Shown here piece after piece: positions 44,767-61,247 of a stretch of DNA of 64,000 nt (the stretch's first letter is position 1; each line of letters begins with the position of its first letter). The notes beneath the pieces are model-generated. The model was not told the DNA's origin and searched no databases. It saw only the letters and a list, made by a program, of their open reading frames with translations. The translations under genes and the position numbers were made by a program. Origin of the DNA: the human T2T-CHM13v2.0 reference genome, Homo sapiens. The stretch lies in the NCBI RefSeq assembly GCF_009914755.1, contig NC_060930.1, one strand, 5' to 3'.

Positions 44767-45399
44767 TCTCATATAAGATGTTAACTGAAAGCTTAAGTTG
44801 GAGTGTCAGTGACATAGTTTAGACATGACCCTTTCAAGATGGTGTTTGAGTAATTCACATGCAGTAAGTGCTAAGAAAAATAAATAGAAACATTGGGTGA
44901 AACATGTCATTTACCCATATGTCAAAAAATTTGACAGTTCTCATGCTTTCCCTAACTGTAGTAGAGATATTTGGTTGGAAGATGCAAACATCAATACCAC
45001 TGAGAAAAACTAGTTATAACTAGAGAAATTCTTCACAATATTCCATGTGACCACTATTCTTTTCTAACTTAAACTCACATGCAACCACTAAAGAGACTAA
45101 AATATATTCTAAAGAGATTTATGAGAAAATTATCACTATTGATTATAAGTGTTTCCTTATTGATACATATATATCCTTCATATCTATATATATGAAGGAT
45201 ACCGGATACCATTAGTTGACCTAGACAACATACTAAAAGCAATAACAATAACAACTGATGATATTTTATGATTTAGCCAGAACTTTTATGTCTGAAAAGA
45301 TAAATTAAAAGGACTATAGCAATATAGAAACCATCTAAAACTTAATAAAGGAACATAATCTAAAAAATAAAATTTTCCACATAGTTTTTTAAAAGAAAA

Positions 45400-45900
45400 T
45401 ATAATAATCATATGACTACAATAACACAAGAAGAAATAAAACCACAAAACGATGAGCCACAATTGCAGTGGAAAAACTCTAAAGACCAGAACATCACTCA
45501 AAACTGATGATCAACTTCTAAATAAATTAGAAATAGCAATGAACATAATACAGTTGAACTGAAACTGCTTCTAGAGAGAAGCATCAAGATTACCACAGTG
45601 TATTCAGAGGAAAAAATAATGCCTATGAAGAAAAGATTCCTGAAATGAAGGAAGAATTGCATCTGCAGAGGAAAAAGCATACTCTACTACAAGAAAAATT
45701 AATATGAAGCAATGAATAAACTGTCAGGCATATCCTGGGTGAGTTATGCTACTCCCGAGATATTTATAATAATTCTTCAGGCATCCAAGTAAAAAAGCAA
45801 CTCATTTATCAGACAAGAGGAAGAAAAATTAGGCTAGCTTCAGACTTTCTCCCAGGCACATTTAACGACAACACAGTGGAGCAATGTGAAGCTTTAGAAC
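45400..45900 (+). mobile_element. Ancient L1ME/HAL1 ORF1-like remnant
   Basis: TTCCTGAAATGAAGGAAGA...ATTCTTCAGGCATCCAAG...AAATTAGGCTAGCTTCAGACTTTCTC...CAGTGGAGCAATG. Confidence 0.55.
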
Positions 45901-45947
45901 ACAATTTTATTTTCCACTAGGCAAGTATAAGCCCGGTCTTGAGCTAC

Positions 45948-46195
45948 TTTTTTAGATGGAGTCTCACTCTGTCGCCAGGCTGGAGTACAGTGGTGCGATC
46001 TCCACTCACTGCAACCTCCGCCTCTTGGGTTCAAGCAATCTCCTGCCTCAGTCTCCCGGGTATATGGGATAACAGGTGCCTGCCACCACACCCAGCTAAT
46101 TTTTGTATTTTTAGTAAAGACAAGGTTTCACCATGTTGGCCAGGCTGGTTTCGAACTCTTGACCTCAGGTGATCCACCCACCTCGGCCTCCCCAA
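45948..46195 (-). mobile_element. AluS (Sx/Sq-like), lacking its first ~35 nt
   Basis: ACCATGTTGGCCAGGCTGGTTTCGAACTCTTGACCTCAGGTGATCC; stops at GGCCTCCCAA. Confidence 0.9.
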
Positions 46196-46782
46196 TGCTA
46201 TATTTTTAACAGACCCCTTCAGAGTGTGTTTAGCAGTCCAGTGGACTAACCACCATTCAATAATGCATGCCTACATGTATTCATTCAACAAATACCAACA
46301 AAGAGCTCACTAGAACTATACTACTCATTGCAGTTTTCTCAAGGATCTCACTAGAATTTAAGCTCCACAAGAGCAGTTTTTTCTATCTTATTCAATATCA
46401 TTTCCCTGTCACAGATAATGGTACCTGGCATGTGAAGATGCTCAATAAATATTTGCTCAGATGTGTCTGTTGACTGACTCACAGAAGAAATACTAGTTAG
46501 TATTTCTTAGTAACACCATTTGGGAGAATCATGTCTAAACTATGTTAACTTACACTTCGATTTAAGCCTTCAGTTAACATCTTAGAGAGATGAGAGGACA
46601 TCTACCTGAACAAACAACCAGACACAGGCCAGATATTCATCATTGGGGCTGCCTAGAGGCTGGGGAAAACATTGTGAGGGGGGCACTTTTCAACACTTGG
46701 TCTGAGACTTGTTTCTACCCAGAGTAATACATTTCCTATCTCATACTGTTGAGGTTTGAAGAGGTAGATATGAGTGATTTGC
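46194..46782. repeat. Old local duplication: 46194-46505 is a direct copy of 43677-43980, and 46500-46782 is an inverted copy of ~44500-44880
   Basis: Shared blocks ATGCATGCCTACATGTATTCATTCAA and CTCACTAGAATTTAAGCT (direct); GGGGGCACTTTTCAACACTTGGTCTGAGACT versus AGTCTCAGACCAAGTGTTGAAAAGTGCCCCC (inverted). Confidence 0.92.
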
Positions 46783-49204
46783 TTCACAGTGGAGCTAAGG
46801 GTGTGGAAAGACCCCAAAGTAATGCATATTATTGTCATGCTGGCATTCAGTATAAAGGCAAGTAGACACTTTCAAATTTTAAAGAATTCAGGGACTAAAG
46901 CACTCTTGAGCCCTAGTTGGAAAAAAGAAAAGCACCATGCAAAGAAATCAAGCCAACAAAGTCATGAATGGGAAAGTCTTGGTGACAGTCATGTTCACTC
47001 AGTATCATAAGACCATGAAGCAATGTGTATAAAACTCCAAGAGAAAAAAAAGTGCGATCAAATTCTGTATTTGGCCATATTAATGTATTATTAAGGCAAC
47101 TAGCAAATGTTCTCGAGTCTATAAAGACTCAGGGAATGTTGAAGTTCTCTTCAACAAAAGATGGTTAGATTCAATCAGAAGATTATTTAAACTGAGATCA
47201 GAAGTGGAAAAGCCACAGGAAGACTAAATACAATGGAAATCATTAATACATAACAGAATGTAAGCGCTACTATGTTTTTATCAACTTAAAAATTTCTGAA
47301 TAACAAAATTTACGTTTATTACACAGTGTCAAAGTGGAAATGCAATAATTTCCTCATATTGAAAACTGGGAGCCAATTGTTACTATTCAAAAGTAAAGTG
47401 TGTCTTTAAAAAATATGTCTCTAATTTTTTACATGTTTATAATTTTAAAAAACTTGGATGGGCTCTCAGAGATTAATATCTCTTATGCAGAAACATTTAT
47501 TTGAAGTTCCACTATTACTTTCATTCCCTATTAAATATAAACTTAAAGGTAACAATTTATGTTTTTAAAATAGTATGTACAGTATAATACTATTTTTACA
47601 AATATATTTATCTTTCAGTTTATATATATGTATATAGGCATAGATGCCTTGAATTATGTACATCTAGTATTAATGTCTTTCCAGGTGGTATTAGTTTTTT
47701 TTTTCTTTTCTGTATTGAGTAAAGTTGTTGTAATAAGCATGCATCATTTTTATAAAGTAATAACATCATCTTTCTAAAAATTTATTTCTAAAGGAACAAG
47801 GGAAGAGAACAAATAAGGGAGGTCAGTGACAGCATTAGACCAAACAGCCGCAGGTCTGAAGGTGTCATTTCAGGTTAATCCTGTTTCATTTGCATAGGAC
47901 TATATTCATCAACATACAGAGCCACCCAGTAAAAGTCACTCCCATTCCTGAGGAAATACATTTCAGATTTTTCTCTGGCACCCAGAGAAATGTGTTGTGT
48001 AAAGGCACCAATATCAGCTCTGTGCTATTGATCACATGTATTGATTATATGTCTTTCCTTTGTGCATAGTTTAGCATTATTTATATTTTCTTTGATATTT
48101 TGCACCCAGAGAAAATTAATTCATTATTTCAGCAAACATGTATGTATCACTTACAAATATGGGGTCCTAACAGGTGAATGTGACCATCATAAGCTTACAA
48201 TTTTCTCTGGGAGACAAATACAGTGACAGGCCATGAGGATAATTAATGATTTGCTGGACAACTGAGAAACTGCTAGTTTGAGAAATCACTATTTTCTCAA
48301 CTTGTACTACTATATCCTTAGTCCCACAGACTGTTCCTTCAAACAAATTAAGTTCAGTGCCAGATGGATATGACGTGATTTATAAAAAATAAAATAAAAT
48401 CTATTTAGCATGTTTCTATTTAGAAATGTGTTGGGAGTATAAGTTGTACATTATGCATTATTTATATTCTTCCTTGGTAAAACAAAATTAACTTTTTAAA
48501 ATAATAAATTCTGTGGTTTACCATATGGTATCTTAGAGTCCTTGTTACTATTTGTGTTTGGCGCCATTCAGTTTATTTTTAAATGGATTTTTCCATTGAA
48601 AGCTTAAACTGATGTCTAATGGAATTAATGTATGAAGTTAGGGTCAGACAGCACGAATTATTCATTGGATTCTCACACTTGCATTTGTGGTTAAGTCATC
48701 ATAATATATCATAGTTACCATAGAAAATGTTAACCTAAAACCAATATTTATAACTCTTTTTAAAGTTTCTTTATATGTCATATATGTGTTATAACCTTCC
48801 TGGTATAAGGGACAAAAGATTGTTACTTAATAAAATTATATTATAACTTTAAATAAAATATTATCTTTAATGAACACAGAGTTGTGTACGTATACTTTTC
48901 TAAGAAATTTTACAATATTTTTAAAGCTTTCAACTTCTTTAAATACTGCTTAAATTAAATATATATTTTAACACATTAGTCTAGAATTAATACTGAATTC
49001 TATATCCGTTAAGATTATGCATGAACACAAAGAGAAAAAGTATCAAATTTGACCTGCAATATAAACATTACTAGTGTTGTTTAGGTACATCTCTCTTTTT
49101 TTAACTTAATTATTTACTTTGAATTACTATAACTTAGAGTAGTGACATACGTTTAGTTCATTTCTAAGGCATGTGTCTGAAATGGAGTTTACAGGCTATG
49201 GGTA

Positions 49205-49690
49205 CCACTGCACTTAGAATAAAATATAAAACTCCTCCTGATGACCTGCCCAGGTTTGTGAGATTTGCTCTCTGATACAGCTCCTCAAGCTTTCCCTCTG
49301 CTTGCTACTCTCTAGCCACACTGGCCTCTCTGAACACTGTAAGCTCATTCCTGACTCTCTCCTGGCTCTTCCCTCTGCCTACCAGGTTCTCCTCAAATCA
49401 CACCATGTCCAAGCTGAACATTAAGGTCTTAGTTCAAATGTTTTGGGGAAAACATTTTCTTGTTATATTTTCTTCATAACCCATTGCTGTTTGAAGTTAG
49501 CTTGTTGATGTATTTCTGAGCTCACAAATGATAATCACATGTTGCATCCTGTGTCACCGCTGGGATGTAACCCCCAAGAGACTAGACACTTTTCATCTCT
49601 TGGTCTCTCTGTTCCCTATTATCAGGCCAAGGAAGGAGTACATCCAAGATGAAATAAGCTATCATCAAATATTTGTAGAGGGAATGAATC
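49205..49690 (+). mobile_element. LINE-2 3' portion
   Basis: GCACTTAGAATAAAATATAAAACTCCT, CTCTAGCCACACTGGCCT, terminal AAATATTTGTAGAGGGAATGAAT. Confidence 0.75.
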
Positions 49691-49706
49691 AGGATCATCT
49701 AGGGCA

Positions 49707-49830
49707 GAGGTCTGCAAACTTTTTCTGTAAAGGGCCAGATAATAAATAGTTCAGCTTTGTGTCTTTTTAATTTCTTCCTTCCTTCTTTCCTTTCTTTCTT
49801 TCTTTCTTTTTTTCTTTCTTTCTTTTCTTC

Positions 49831-49905
<75 letters not shown>

Positions 49906-50005
49906 TTCTGATTAAAAATGTAAAAACTACTTAGGCAGGGCTTACAAAGGTAGGCCATTGGCTGGATTTTGCCCATGGGTCACAGGCCTAGTTTCCTGAC
50001 CCCTA
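49707..50005. mobile_element. MER58 (hAT-Charlie MITE) interrupted by a microsatellite
   Basis: CAGAGGTCTGCAAACTTTTTCTGTAAAGGGCCAGATAATAAATA ... GCTGGATTTTGCCCATGGG...TAGTTTCCTGACCCCT. Confidence 0.8.
49771..49909. repeat. (TTTC)n / pyrimidine-rich microsatellite
   Basis: Long TTTC run at ~49832-49903 with degenerate CCTT/TTTC flanks. Confidence 0.97.
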
Positions 50006-50989
50006 ATATAGGTTGCCTACTCAACTGTACATTGCTACTCCAGAACCATGAATTGAAGTCTCTCTAGAAATGGGACCCAGAAATCTTCATATTCTCATGG
50101 ATCTCAATCCATTTTTAGCCATTGATAAATTTCAGAACTAGGGGATTAAAATGTAGAAAACAAGTTTAGGAAGCTCACCTAGGAAAGCAAATAATATCAA
50201 TAATATCAATAATACAGTAAATAATATATTTTTCAACAAAATGTTAAATAATGGTTTAATTTTTATAAGAATTATTTATATTCTTATAACTTTTATAAGA
50301 ATTGTCAATTAATCTAAAGTCTCCCCATCTAATGAGCGGCAGCAGCACTTTATCCACTTTTTTAAGACACCGGGAACTGGAGTTTGTTTATTGTAGTCCA
50401 TTACAGAAGTGAGTTCTAAAAATGTAAACTTCAATTTCAATGAAAAATTCAACACTTTGTTCTTCATCCATTTTCAGACATTGCAACAGGCACCAGTGCT
50501 CACTACAAAGCCAAACCCTTTTTTCAGTAAAGACTGCCATGGAATTGGGTCACTAAAAGGAAAAAGGCTTTTAACAAGACTTTCTTCAAAAGGTTCTTAC
50601 ATTCTATTTCTGTTGATTGGTGCAGCAGTATTTTAGTGAAATGGAAAGTGCAGCTGTGGCTTTTCTTACTTTCTGCATAGTAATCCTTCATTCAGCACAG
50701 GACTTGAAAACATTTTTCCTTCTATAGATTTTAGTGGCAAATGTGATTTATTATTTGCTGGATACTAGGGCAAAATATAGAAAGAAAAATAATTAAAAGG
50801 AACAACTGTGATCTATTTTTAATGTTTTGAATACATGTTTTACCACTTATATTAAGCCTAGACCATGTTTTTCTCATTTAATCTGGTTTCAAATATGTCC
50901 AGTTCAAAGCTTTGTGATTAATAATTTATCGTTCTATTATTTATTTTTATACATTTATTAGTAGTATTTATACCCTTATTACTTACTAT

Positions 50990-51165
50990 AATGCTTATTT
51001 TAAACTTTAACTATGTTCCAGGGCTGCACTAAGCACTCCTATACATGGTCTGCTTTAACTCTCTTTTTATTAATTGCCATCCTCATTTTGTGGAGGAAGA
51101 AGTCAAAGCTGAAAAAAGATTAGGAAGTCAACCCAGGCCACACCCCTGGTAAGAAGTAGAGCTTA
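50990..51165 (-). mobile_element. MIR SINE
   Basis: CTATGTTCCAGGGCTGCACTAAGCAC...CCTCATTTTGTGGAGGAAGAA...CCCAGGCCACACCCCTGGTAAG. Confidence 0.6.
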
Positions 51166-52414
51166 GGGGGTCATTATTTCAGGCAAGTCTGAAAAATGCC
51201 AATAGAGAAGGGGAAAAAAAAGAATGAAGCAAAGAATATGAAGAAAAACAAAGGAAGAAAGAAGTTAAATAAGGTGGTAAGGGAGAAGTTGGGAACAAAA
51301 AGTGATCGTGGGTTTTTCCATTTGATAAGGCTTCTCAAGATAATGACAAAAAATGAAGAAAAGTATTTCTCTCAAGGCTCTTATCTTCTTCTGTTTAGTG
51401 TTTTAACTTCTCTGTGGAAAGTATTATGATGCTGCATGAAATGAGGTGTATATATTTTATTATTTTTTCTAAATTTGGAGTATTTTGAAAATAAAAGACC
51501 TTTCCAGACACAAAAAGGAAACCCTACTTAACCAAATCACATTTACTAAACTTCTATCACTTCAAGGTAATTTTTACCCCAGTAAATTACCAATTAAAGG
51601 TCAGATAAAACATAACCAATCTGAACCAAAAGTTTCTATTTGATTGTATATTTGATTCTCATTGACTCAACATTCCCTCTTCAAAGGAAAGTTTTCTCAG
51701 AAAACAAGAAATTTCTAATAGATTCCAAAACATGGAGTCATAGGGTACTAAGAGCCCAGAACATCATGTAGAAAGTAGATTAAAATATGAATAGGCATGT
51801 ACATACACATGTCTGCAAGATCATGCAGATGCACACACAAACACACGCAGCTTTCTCTCCAGAAAGTGTTTGAAGTGTTTATTGTGCTGTTGCCATGTAA
51901 ACATATAGAAACTGATTTCTATGGTTATGTCAGTTGTTTTAAAAAGCTATTTTTTATATTCAATGCCAATTGTTTAAAACTATATTTATTATAAGGTCTA
52001 ACTCTAACTGCTCTTAAGCAATTGAAGTCTACACCTCTGAGATCTGTTTTATTTCTTTCCAATTAGAATTTTTACCTGATAAAGAGATACTAAATAAGCA
52101 TCTATCATGCTTATTTAGGCATGATAGATGCCTAATATATCATGACCTACAACTCTCAAGATAAAGTACTTTAGCATCTCAGCCTTTCGGTTCTTTCTAA
52201 AATGAGCTTTCCTCAAGGATAGGGACCCTATTGATTCATCAATGCATCTTCTGTACCGTGCAGCATATATATTATTAAATTAATGTACTGAATAAACAAA
52301 TGAGTACTTCTGATCCTTCTCAATCAAACTCTTCCCCTGTCAAGAATTTTCCTATTTTCCAACTTCTTTCTAGAAAAGGAGTTGCTACTCCAATTGCTAA
52401 GAATGTGAAACATT

Positions 52415-54529
<2,115 letters not shown>

Positions 54530-55299
54530 AAGAATGTGAAACATTAGTTAAACCACATTCAGTGATGTATCAGTTAACTATACCTTACAGGTAACAAACT
54601 TTCCCACTTCTTCTTCCACTATCAATGCATCAGGATCTCTTCTTTTTTTACCTGGACAGGACTTCTTTTTGCTGTGAGAAGTCTATCCCTTTCTCTTTAT
54701 GAACCAACTCTAAGAATGTGTGGCTGGTTGGGTAGACTTGAGATCTTCCCCATAATCATAGTCATATCACTCTCTCTTTCCATAGGCATGTGTGAGCCTG
54801 TGGGTTCCAATATACAGATTCAAAATATTCAGTAGAAAGCCCCAGTTTGGCATGATACTGAAGCCACACTAAAATATCCAATCTTTTCTACAGCTTTGCT
54901 TTGTCATATAAAACACTTTCCCAGATACTGATCAAATTGTTGTTTTGTTTCATGCACAACTTTTATTATTTGTGCACCATCTTCCCTTAGTTAAAAACCA
55001 CAAAAATGAAGGAAAATTAATGATAGTACCTTTGGAATACTCAAGCTTTACCTTCAAACCTTAACCAATACTTCCTTGTATACCCCTTCACACCCAATGT
55101 AGTACTTAAATATTTGTGTAGTACACACCTTATACTTACAATGAGGATTCCCTATTTTTATGAATTTATTTAATACTCAGTAGATATAAGAAAGCAGAAA
55201 AAGTTGGTTCCATACTACAGCTAAGGCAGAAGCTGTGTAAGGACCAAACTTAAATTTTAATCTAAGTAATAAAGGTAAAAGGACATCAAGGGGTTAAGG

Positions 55300-56270
<971 letters not shown>

Positions 56271-56629
56271 CATGGACAGAGGGGGATCTCTAAGAGCTAG
56301 GGCTTATCATGAAGCCTGACAATTTAAAAAGGGGGGCAGAATGAGTCTTGGTCTAGTGGGCTCAAAATAGAGAGCAGTGGCCAGGCTGTTAGTGTTGTGA
56401 GGTGAGGAGGAATGGATTTCTGTAGCAACCCCCTTACCCCATGCTAAATGTCTCAGTCCCAGTGTACAATTCACCCTTAACTCCTGATGGGAGAGAGATG
56501 ACCTGACTTCGGGTGGATATGCCCACCTATGACCTCTATAATAGAATTGAAACTTCTCTAGAAGCCAAAGTCAGATTCCCTTTCCCATGATGCAGTATTC
56601 AAAGATAGTGAATCACTCTTCATTCTTTA

Positions 56630-56780
56630 GTAGCTACATAACTCTGGGGTGGTTAATTTCTCTGAGCCACTGTTTCCTCATATTAAAACATTGATAGAAA
56701 CTGTGATAATTAAATGAAGTAACATAAATTTCCTAGGTTAGTGCATGGCTCTTAGTGAACATTCAATATATGTTAACTGT
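56630..56780 (+). mobile_element. MIR SINE
   Basis: TCTCTGAGCCACTGTTTCCTCATATTAAAA...ATTAAATGAAGTAA...CATTCAATATATGTTAACTG. Confidence 0.65.
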
Positions 56781-58489
56781 CACTGTTTGTTTCACCAAAT
56801 CTTAAGTTAGTCACTCAGGAAAGAAGATCAAAGCCCTTTGCTTTGTTCCTCTAGTTAAAATTAATTTCTCTCCCATACAGAAATTTAACCACTCATTTCA
56901 AGAAGTTAGTTAACTTTTATCAAACATGTCTTGAGTATAAATAATTTGTGTTAGCACCACTACAGCATCTAGGATGGAGAAACGGACTTTTTACATGAAG
57001 ATGTGTTGATTTAAAACCATTTGGTAATTATTGCCATGTCTGTGATAGTCTTGAATATATTATGTGTTGTGTTTAAACACTCTGTTTCTCTAACAAATGA
57101 TACTCTATAGACTTCCTGACCTGTGACATTCACAGTGAAGCTAAGCGCTATAGTTCAAAAGCTGTGATTAAAACAAAGCAATAAAAACTATAATTTGTAC
57201 TTTTTTTATTGGGATATAAATTGGAAAATATATAATGGGGACGACATGAGATCATACTTTTTCCTATGAACAACACAGGAAAATCAGAATAGTGAATATT
57301 CAAACCTCTGAAGATATTTGATTTTCCCAATGGCATTTCATGTTACTCTGTCTAACCCATATGTCTAAAGGATAAAGAAATGCTGATGTTATTAAAGAAT
57401 GTTACTTTTCAAGCAAAATCATGTAACAAACTATAAGAGTTTTTTTAACTATATGTTTTAATAAAATATTTAATAATGCTGAAATTTAAATTCAATATAA
57501 TTTTTTCCATTTGTACTGTTTTAATGTTTGAGCCTTCACCACCTTATAGTTAAGAATTTCATTATATGTATGAATCCTACCTTTTGGCTTCTGAAATAAA
57601 TATTTTTACGTAAGTGAAATGTTTTAGGAACATAAATGTTTTGATCATACCCTTTTACTTCCTAAAAACCTTGATTTAATTTAAGTAGGATTTTAACTTT
57701 TGAGTCTCTATTCTAATGTATTATTTTCATTATTGTCATGTTTTAAACACAGTTTGTTATAGGTTTTTTTATTCTAGCATCCTTACCTTATCATTGCAGA
57801 AAATAAAATACAGAGAAGTGAAGAAGACTGAGAAAATACTTCTCTGCTCACTCACCAATAAAATAATGTTTTAAAATTTTGTGTTATAATTTCATTTTGA
57901 ATACTTTCTTTTTAAAAATGTTTTATAATTTTCTTGTGTAGTGTTCTGATAGGTTTTGAATCATGCTTTATAAATATGAAAATACTATTATATCATTACT
58001 TCCTAACTGAAATGTAAAAAATATAGGTGTGTCATGCAGCAATTTTTAAGAGAAAATGCTATTTACATAGTACTGTTGTTGAAACCAAGTCTGCCCATCC
58101 CCCTCAATGTACATATCTCTGATAAAAACCTGAAATCTAGTCTCCCTCCTAACATGATTCCAACTGACAATAAAACTTTTGTGGTGTGGCAAGGGCTTTA
58201 CTTGAGGGCAAGGACTGTATCCTATACATTTTTTACAGGCCAATCTTTAACCGATAGTTCTGAGTATTTGCTATGTGACAATCACTGTCTACAGTGAAAA
58301 ACAAATAGAAAGCCTGCTGTGATGTTTCCAACCAAACTGTGGCCCACTATTTTTAGTGTTCACTGCAATATGATACATTCTGTTTGGCTGTTGAATTGAA
58401 AACTGTATAATTTTGATTATTTATATAGATAAGCATTTAAAATAACTCAATTCTCATTGTATTTTGATTCTGAGTATATCATGTTCAAT

Positions 58490-58700
58490 AAAGAGATTTT
58501 GATTCCAAACTCTGGTTAATACTGTTAGCTGTGAAGGTTTGGACAAACTAATATCCCTTAATCTGTAATCTATTAAATGAGAACTATACCTACCTTATAA
58601 ATTTGTAAGAACTAATGGGATAAAATATACAACGTTTCTATTAAACTCTTTGTATCAGAGTAATTGCACTTTAAATGCAGGCTATTATTTTTACTATTAT
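58490..58700 (+). mobile_element. MIR SINE
   Basis: TTAGCTGTGAAGGTTTGGACAAACTA...ACCTACCTTATAAATTTGTAAGAACTAATGGGATAA. Confidence 0.55.
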
Positions 58701-59464
58701 TATAACAATAACCTTTTGATCTTTATTAAAGGTCAATAAGGAAGACATATATATATATAAATTTTCCATCAATATTTAAACAAATATTTCTAGATTATCT
58801 CAGAAATTTAAATCCATATGAATCTTTGTAGCAGTTACTTAAATTTTTAAAAGCAGGAAAATATATCAGAAGTATCTTAAGTAAAAAGTCTTATTCACTC
58901 TCCTTTCTGCTTCACACATACTATGGGAGTATTGGCACACCGCTTTTTAAAAATAGAGCATATGCATGCACTACATTAATAACTTTCTCAGAAATAATCT
59001 TGACAAGGATATTTTGGTTCAAAGACTAGATTTTAAAGCAAAGATAATATCTGGGCAAGTAGACAAATTGTACGGATCATGAAAAACAAACAAAGCCCTT
59101 TAAGAATTATTTTCTGCAACTTTCTGATGACAAGTATTTTATTTTCAGTTCTTAACACTCAAGTCCACAGTTCCTCATCCACAATTCCAAAATCCAAATA
59201 GTTCTAAAAACAGAAAAATTTTCCTAACCAATATGCTGACAATACTTGAAATTATCTAAATTCAGTTAGAAGCAAAATTAACAAGAACTTGAGGCTCTAA
59301 ATAGTATCCATTTGCCCTTGCAAAATAAATATTTATACAATTTAGATATAAATAAGAATAAGGTTAATTATAAAATTCTACTCCATAAATTAGTAGAGAT
59401 ATTAGGTCAAATATGATATCTGCCAATAATTATCTTCCTGAAATCTGGAAATTTTTAAAAATTT

Positions 59465-59695
59465 GGTTTTATTTTTAATTGTGTATTTTTGGAGTTTAAT
59501 GTAATGTTTTGATACATATACAGTGGAATGATCAAATGAGGTTAATTAGCATATCTATCATTTCAAATATTTATTATTTCTTTGTGGTGAGAAATCCTCT
59601 CTTTTTGAAAGGTACATTATACAGTTATTAATGTAATATTTTACATGTTTTGTAAAACATTTGAAAGGTACATTACATATTATTAACTACAGTCT
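59465..59695 (-). mobile_element. L1MA-type 3' terminal fragment with a small internal duplication
   Basis: AATTAGCATATCTATCATTTCAAATATTTATTATTTCTTTGTGGTGAGAA; TTTGAAAGGTACATTA appears twice (~59603, ~59660). Confidence 0.7.
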
Positions 59696-61084
59696 GTCTG
59701 TCTCCAATGGCAGAAGTCAGGTAACGGGGAAGTCAGATAATAATATAATATTAATATTATTAATGTCTTATTATATAACAAAAAGTTTTATAATCTATAA
59801 ATAGCACACTTCTATTTAAAAATTTATTATACTATGAGAATATCTTATTATTATGGAATGAAGAAAATGCATTTCATGAATTATAAAATCATTAAATAGC
59901 ATTTAAAACAGGACTTTTCAAAATCAGGAACAAAGCTCTATCAAAAATTATCTTTCTCTATTTGTAATAATTAAAATTGGTACTTTCTATGCTGTAACAA
60001 CAAACTGATAAGCTTCCCCTATGTGTTTTAGTTTTTTGCTCTAGATCCTTTCACATAGCAAAAATAAAATTTGGTAACTTTTAAATAGTAAACTAAAATC
60101 ATCCCTTCAGTTGTAGCATCAACTGTAAAATGCAATATATATAAAATGAGTTTCATAGCCTAAGATTTAAAGTTGCTACTATTAGCAACATCGTCTTACT
60201 GTAAATTAATTAATGTAATTTTGTATATTCCAGGTCAGATGTTTATCAAAGAAAATGAACCACTTTTATGTCACTACACTAATAAAATCAAATGTAGAGG
60301 TTTTTTTTTGGCTTCACAGTGGCATTTAAAATGTGAGTGTATTAAAAATTAGATCTATACACACTGTTTTATTTTTGTATTTTATTCTCATTTTGTCAAT
60401 GTAATATTTGCTTATCGTATAAAAATTAAATAATACTAAAAATTTTGCAAACAATTTAAGCAGTCTCTCACCCTTAAATGATCTCACTTTCTATCCTCCT
60501 GCTTTCCAGTAACAAAAACTTTTAACTCTTACAGGTTTTTCCTCTGTAGTTGTTTCTGATTACAGAATACAATACAAATTATATATTAAAATATATGCAT
60601 TAATATATACATATAAATATGTAAAAATATAGACATATACATATGATTTTTGCTTATTTTAATTTTTGTCAGCATATTTCTTTGTAATATAAATATAACA
60701 GAGATCACTCCTGAGCCAAGTGTTATACCATGATTATAAATCATCTCTTGTACAACTTATATTAATTTTCCTGGAATTATTCATTGCTCTATTACTCTCT
60801 TACACATTATTTCATTTTCCCATCAGATTGCTCACTATATGTGTGACCAAAGTCACCACTTTATGCTACTAGATTCCTTTTTCCCAGATTCCATGTCTTC
60901 TCCCTTCTTGGTTCTCCTTTCATTTTGCTAGCTTTGGATATAGGAGATAGCATTTGAGGTTCTCATACCTGAAAATGGCTTTATTCTACTATTTTATTTG
61001 ACAAGTCAATTTACCAGATGCAGAATTCGAGATTTCAAGATATTTTCTCTTAAAATTTGAAGGCATTACTTGTATCTGCCAGTA

Positions 61085-61247
61085 ATTTTTAACTTGACAT
61101 GGAGTCAACGAACCGCCAGCACCAACGTCATCTCTAATCTTGTCAAAAAAGATCTCTGGTTCCACCTCAAACCTACTGGATTGGAATCTGCATTTTTAAC
61201 CAGATCTGTAGGCTGTAAGCACATTAACATTGGAGAAGTGCTGGTCT
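61085..61247. mobile_element. MER5A-type MITE
   Basis: CCTCAAACCTACTGGATTGGAATCTGCATTTTTAACCAGATC...GCACATTAACATTGGAGAAGTGCTG. Confidence 0.65.

Noticed and set aside
43748-46473. Paralogous small ORFs MPTCIHS... (43748..43933 and 46267..46473) as a peptide family
   Set aside because: Similarity follows from the DNA duplication, which includes an L2 end. The copies have indels and different stops, and nothing indicates coding constraint.
49767-49976. KERK-repeat protein
   Set aside because: Translation of the (TTTC)n microsatellite.
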